Shown here piece by piece: positions 60,499-64,000 of a DNA stretch of 64,000 bases. Source of the stretch: an uncultured virus (IMG/VR IMGVR_UViG_3300021306_000185). Taxonomy: Duplodnaviria; Heunggongvirae; Uroviricota; Caudoviricetes. Every line of letters starts with the position of its first letter. The first letter of the stretch is position 1. The notes under the pieces are model-generated. The model did no database searches. It was not told where the DNA came from and saw nothing but the letters and a program-made list of their open reading frames with translations. The stretch lies in the IMG/VR virus record IMGVR_UViG_3300021306_000185, one strand, 5' to 3'. Made by a program: the position numbers and the translations under genes.

Positions 60499-60609
60499 AT
60501 GAATACACTTGAACAGATGGCGCAATACTTGGCTACGGTGATAGCCGAATTCAACACTCGTATAGAGGCTCTGAATGCACGCATAGCAGCCCTCGAAGGC
60601 GAAAAATAG
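60499..60609 (+). CDS. 36-aa coiled-coil peptide
   Basis: MNTLEQMAQYLATVIAEFNTRIEALNARIAALEGEK fills the gap between two genes. Confidence 0.55.
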   Translation: MNTLEQMAQYLATVIAEFNTRIEALNARIAALEGEK

Positions 60610-60612
60610 CCA

Positions 60613-61104
60613 ATGAGCACTACGTATGATATAGGCTACTACTTAGGCACCAAGCTAAAGCACCTTTCCGACCTCCTCGATGGTTTGGAAGGACGTGCGA
60701 CGGCGCTGGAAGAGGCGGAACCGGAAAGTGAAGGGGTAACATATCTCAAGGCACAGGCGCGAGAGATGAACTCTACGGATATGGTTTATGTATACATACC
60801 TATTTCAATGACGTCATCTTATAGTAGTATGTACAACATCTATAACGTTGATATTTACTTCCCTTCGGTTTCAAGCGTGCGAACAACTTGGGCATCGCGA
60901 GTAGAAACCGAAGACGGCGTCTATAACCGTTTTGGGTATAACGCAAACCAGGTATCAGGTAGACCTTTTGAGAAGGCGTCCTTCATTCGCCTCGATTGCT
61001 CAGGTGGTCAGAAGACTATCAGATGCACAGTACCATATATGTACAAAGACACCGCCAGCAATAATGCATACTACATATTTGAAGAGTACATTCCTGAGTA
61101 TTAG
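60613..61104 (+). CDS. Short coiled coil plus Tyr-rich domain; possible fibre tip
   Basis: LDGLEGRATALE followed by a beta-rich domain. Confidence 0.55.
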   Translation: MSTTYDIGYYLGTKLKHLSDLLDGLEGRATALEEAEPESEGVTYLKAQAREMNSTDMVYVYIPISMTSSYSSMYNIYNVDIYFPSVSSVRTTWASRVETEDGVYNRFGYNANQVSGRPFEKASFIRLDCSGGQKTIRCTVPYMYKDTASNNAYYIFEEYIPEY

Positions 61105-61222
61105 TTCTGTTGTAGGGAATTTGTAATCCCCGACGAGGGAATAGCGGATTTGAAATCCGTCTGAACGCCTTCTCCGTACGCTACGTCTCGTAACTCTTAA
61201 TTCTTAACTCATAACTATAGAA

Positions 61223-62326
61223 ATGCAAACACTCGTAATCAACCGCGAAAACGGCAACATTGCCAAGAGCCTTGCAGGGCAGGACCACATAAGTGGTTTG
61301 CTCTTCCTCGTCAGCGAAGCGTCCGACATACCCGACGAATTCGAATCCAACCCATTTCAGCCATGCTCGTCTACCAAGACAGCCGAAGCGCTCGGCCTTG
61401 CCGCCTCCGATACCTATGGCTACCACGTCCATGAAGCCCTACGCCTCAACCCTGGACTATCGCTCTGGGTTGGCTTTGCCGTCCGCACTGCCGACATGCA
61501 TGCCGTGGGCGACTTTCAACGTGCTGCCTCTGGCAACCTCCGTCAGATAGGTATACTCGACACCACTGTCGAGATAACCCGTGCCACCATTACTGCACTT
61601 CAGGCTCAAGCCTCTGCCCTCGACGAGGCGTGGATGCCACTCTCCATCGTCATCGCACCTAAGGTTACCGACATCGACGCTCTGCCCACCGACATCGCCG
61701 GTAGTGCGCCTAACGTCTCTGTACTCATCAGTCGAGATTCCGAAGTCTCTGCACCTGCTATTGGTACACTCATCGGCATCCTCTCGGCTCGTGCCGTCAA
61801 CGAAAGCATAGCATGGGTGGAGCGCTGCGAAACGGGGCTCACCAAACCCTACTTCTCCGATGGTCAAGCCTACGCCGATGTCTACAAGGTTATCCTCGAA
61901 TCTCTCGACGAAGCTCGTTATATATACCTACGTACCTATCCAGGACTGTCGGGCGTATACTTCAGCGATAGCCATAATATGGACAGCGCACAGAGCGACT
62001 ACTGCACCATTGAGCTACAACGCACCATGGATAAGGCAGTGCGCGGCACGCGTACATACTTATTGCCAGAACTCGGTCGCCCCATCTATTACAACAACGA
62101 CGGCACTCTCCGCGCCGACACACTGCAGCACCTCAAGACGGTAGCTCAAAAGGCTGTGGAAGATATGGAGAAGGCTGGCGAGGTGAGTGGCTGGGAAGTT
62201 CAGATAGATCCCGCACAAGACGTTCTTGGCACCAGCACGGTGGAGTTCACCATTCATGCCGTGCCAGTGGGCATCATGCGCAAAGCAGTAGTGAATATCG
62301 GCTTCGTGAAAGCAACGGAAGATTGA
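61223..62326 (+). CDS. Tail sheath protein (DUF2586-like)
   Basis: DHISGL, ESIAWV, RTMDKA.R and PVG..R...V.IGF motifs. Confidence 0.85.
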   Translation: MQTLVINRENGNIAKSLAGQDHISGLLFLVSEASDIPDEFESNPFQPCSSTKTAEALGLAASDTYGYHVHEALRLNPGLSLWVGFAVRTADMHAVGDFQRAASGNLRQIGILDTTVEITRATITALQAQASALDEAWMPLSIVIAPKVTDIDALPTDIAGSAPNVSVLISRDSEVSAPAIGTLIGILSARAVNESIAWVERCETGLTKPYFSDGQAYADVYKVILESLDEARYIYLRTYPGLSGVYFSDSHNMDSAQSDYCTIELQRTMDKAVRGTRTYLLPELGRPIYYNNDGTLRADTLQHLKTVAQKAVEDMEKAGEVSGWEVQIDPAQDVLGTSTVEFTIHAVPVGIMRKAVVNIGFVKATED

Positions 62327-62345
62327 GTAAAAATGAAAAAGTAAA

Positions 62346-62398
62346 AAGTAAGAGAGCCGTGGCGTGCCGCGTCCGCCGTAAGCCATGCTCTTATAATT
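62346..62398 (+). repeat. 53-bp repeat, inverted copy of 52909..52961
   Basis: Read directly. Confidence 0.9.
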
Positions 62399-62429
62399 TC
62401 TACTTCTTAATTGTTAATTCTTAATTACC

Positions 62430-62861
62430 ATGAACATAATTCCACTAATCAACGGCAACTTATATGAGTGGGCCGATATTACGGTGCTCGTAGGTGGTGC
62501 TCCAATGACGGGCATACGCGGGGTGAAATACTCCGACAAGCAAGATGTTGTCAATATTTACGGCGCTGGTCGCTATCCCGTTGGTCGCGGCAAAGGACGC
62601 ATCACGTGTGAGGCTTCGCTCAAACTGCTTCTCGACGAAGTGCGCTCGCTTGCCAGTTCATCTACCACGGGACGTTTGCAAGACCTTGGCGTGTTCGACA
62701 TACAAGTAAGCTACATACCAGACGAAAGCGGCAAAATAGTCCACGACGTGATACACGACTGCCAGTTCTCCGAAGTGGAGATAGACTGGAGCGAAGGCGA
62801 CACAAGCAAAGAGGTGGACATTCCGCTCGTCTGCTCGCGCATAGAGTGGGGAAAACTATAA
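62430..62861 (+). CDS. Tail tube protein
   Basis: ING..YEWADI, YGAGRYPVGRGKG; follows the sheath. Confidence 0.85.
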   Translation: MNIIPLINGNLYEWADITVLVGGAPMTGIRGVKYSDKQDVVNIYGAGRYPVGRGKGRITCEASLKLLLDEVRSLASSSTTGRLQDLGVFDIQVSYIPDESGKIVHDVIHDCQFSEVEIDWSEGDTSKEVDIPLVCSRIEWGKL

Positions 62862-62968
62862 TAAGTAAAAATGGAAAAGTAAAAAGTAAAAGAGTAAAGC
62901 GTATAGCGTAGTGTATATAGCTGCCGCACGGCTCTTTTACTTCTTACCTCTTAATTATTAGTTATAGG

Positions 62969-63586
62969 GTGGAAGCCTACATTCAAACCAACCTGCCGCA
63001 TTTGCCACAGACGCGACAGAGCCTTCGCTTGGTGACAACGGGCGCAGCGAGCCACTTCAAAGGGCGGCTTGTGCAGACGCATACGCTGCAAACCGATAGT
63101 CAAGCGCGCGACGTTCAAACCGCTGCCGATGGTTCTGTTGGCGTTGTGCCACGCGATAGCTACTTAGGTAGGTATTACAACACCGACCTCTCGCTTGGCC
63201 TCACCGAGACGGCCGACGATGTGCTTATAACAAGCGCCGTGTGCAAAGTGACGATGGCAAAGAATATCGTATCCACAGCTATCGCTGGACGCGACGGGAC
63301 TGTCAAGGAAATGATTTCGGCTCAGGACTACGAAATTGAGGTTACGTTTTCGCTCATAAATACCGAGGACGAGTACCCAGCCGATGCCATGCGACAACTC
63401 TCGGAACTCGCCCGTGAAAACAGCGCAGTCTACATCGATAGTGCATTCTTGCGCATCTTCGACATAGACCGTGTAGTGGTGGAAAAAATGGAAATTGATC
63501 AAGCTACGTATGGAAATACTCAGGAGGTGGTGATGACACTAAAGAGTGATGACGACTACGAAGTAGAGGTCGTGCAAACCATTTAA
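62969..63586 (+). CDS. Tube-initiator-like protein (DUF6046-like)
   Basis: KNIV.T.IAGRDGTVKE.IS..DYEI; S.FL..FDI; SD near the end. Confidence 0.75.
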   Translation: MEAYIQTNLPHLPQTRQSLRLVTTGAASHFKGRLVQTHTLQTDSQARDVQTAADGSVGVVPRDSYLGRYYNTDLSLGLTETADDVLITSAVCKVTMAKNIVSTAIAGRDGTVKEMISAQDYEIEVTFSLINTEDEYPADAMRQLSELARENSAVYIDSAFLRIFDIDRVVVEKMEIDQATYGNTQEVVMTLKSDDDYEVEVVQTI

Positions 63587-63915
63587 CGGCATGGACGATT
63601 GACACCAGGCAAGCTCTCCACATATCGAATTGTAAAGTCTTCGCCACTCTCGACAAAACATACCGAAAAATCTTGTCCGCTCTCCACAAACCGCCATTCA
63701 CCAGGGTCATTGGCAATGCCATCTACGACGCGCACATGGAGGTCGGCAAGACTACCAACCACTTTTACTTTGAAGTCGGCCAAACTGTCTACAATCTTCA
63801 CCCTTCCGCACAGCCTTTTCCCACGAAAATATCCGTCTTTGGATATGCAGTCGTCCGACCTCATCGAGCAGCAAAGTGCACTAATGACTATAAGTATAAA
63901 TAGAATGCGTTTCAT
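63583..63915 (-). CDS. Exported small repeat protein, antisense insert
   Basis: Signal peptide; ADFKVKVV/ADLHVRVV/DFSVCFVE repeats. Confidence 0.7.
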   Translation of the reverse strand: MKRILFILIVISALCCSMRSDDCISKDGYFRGKRLCGRVKIVDSLADFKVKVVGSLADLHVRVVDGIANDPGEWRFVESGQDFSVCFVESGEDFTIRYVESLPGVNRPCR

Positions 63916-63918
63916 AAC

Positions 63919-64000
63919 ATGTACCGATTAACGTGCGATATAGAGATTTCTACGACAGAAGGCGTCATAAGGTTCGACCATGCCGAGAGCGTAAATATAC
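63919..64000 (+). CDS. Partial: probable baseplate hub / late control D-like protein
   Basis: MYRLTCDIEI...FDHAESVNI open to the window end; position after the DUF6046-like gene. Confidence 0.5.
   Translation, partial: MYRLTCDIEISTTEGVIRFDHAESVNI

Larger units (their letters stand above)
51288..64000. mobile_element. Element B: rearranged contractile-tail prophage morphogenesis cluster, continuing beyond the window
   Basis: Baseplate, TMP, chaperone, protease, capsid, amidase, sheath and tube genes. Confidence 0.85.

Noticed and set aside
51288..64000. eCIS/T6SS call
   Set aside because: Head protease and capsid genes are present, with no eCIS ATPase or T6SS membrane genes; kept only as a domestication hypothesis
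1..64000. tRNA, rRNA or IS transposase genes
   Set aside because: None recognised by eye; a covariance-model scan would be needed to exclude small RNAs

Overview
Bacteroidales-like DNA (TAnnTTTG promoter boxes, Bacteroidetes-type integrase) with no housekeeping genes. It appears to hold two adjacent mobile elements. Element A (about 1-51,150) has a tyrosine integrase, defence cargo, a leftward operon of polyvalent-type proteins (Strawberry-notch helicase, LPD23/zincin, DNA methylase) and a CI/initiator/DnaC module. The cargo comprises a REase-like gene, MTase-HIT plus HNH, two AbiE-like pairs, a BREX type-3-like operon with an inserted Doc pair and a Z1-helicase-ASCH gene, SprT and TIR. A 14.6 kb rightward operon looks like a virion module but has no recognisable terminase, portal, HK97 capsid or tail gene. 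It has a transglutaminase-fold Cys enzyme, membrane proteins, beta-rich candidate jelly-roll proteins, a protamine-like protein and lysis genes, many carrying a recurrent [LMV]xG[LIVM] motif. My best reading is a tailless, probably membrane-containing, protease-matured provirus; this is inference. Element B (51,288 to the window end) is a rearranged contractile-tail phage morphogenesis cluster. It has two capsid paralogues (one frameshifted), a -1 frameshifting tail chaperone and repeat-rich intergenic leaders. All family calls come from motif recognition by eye; no searches were run.
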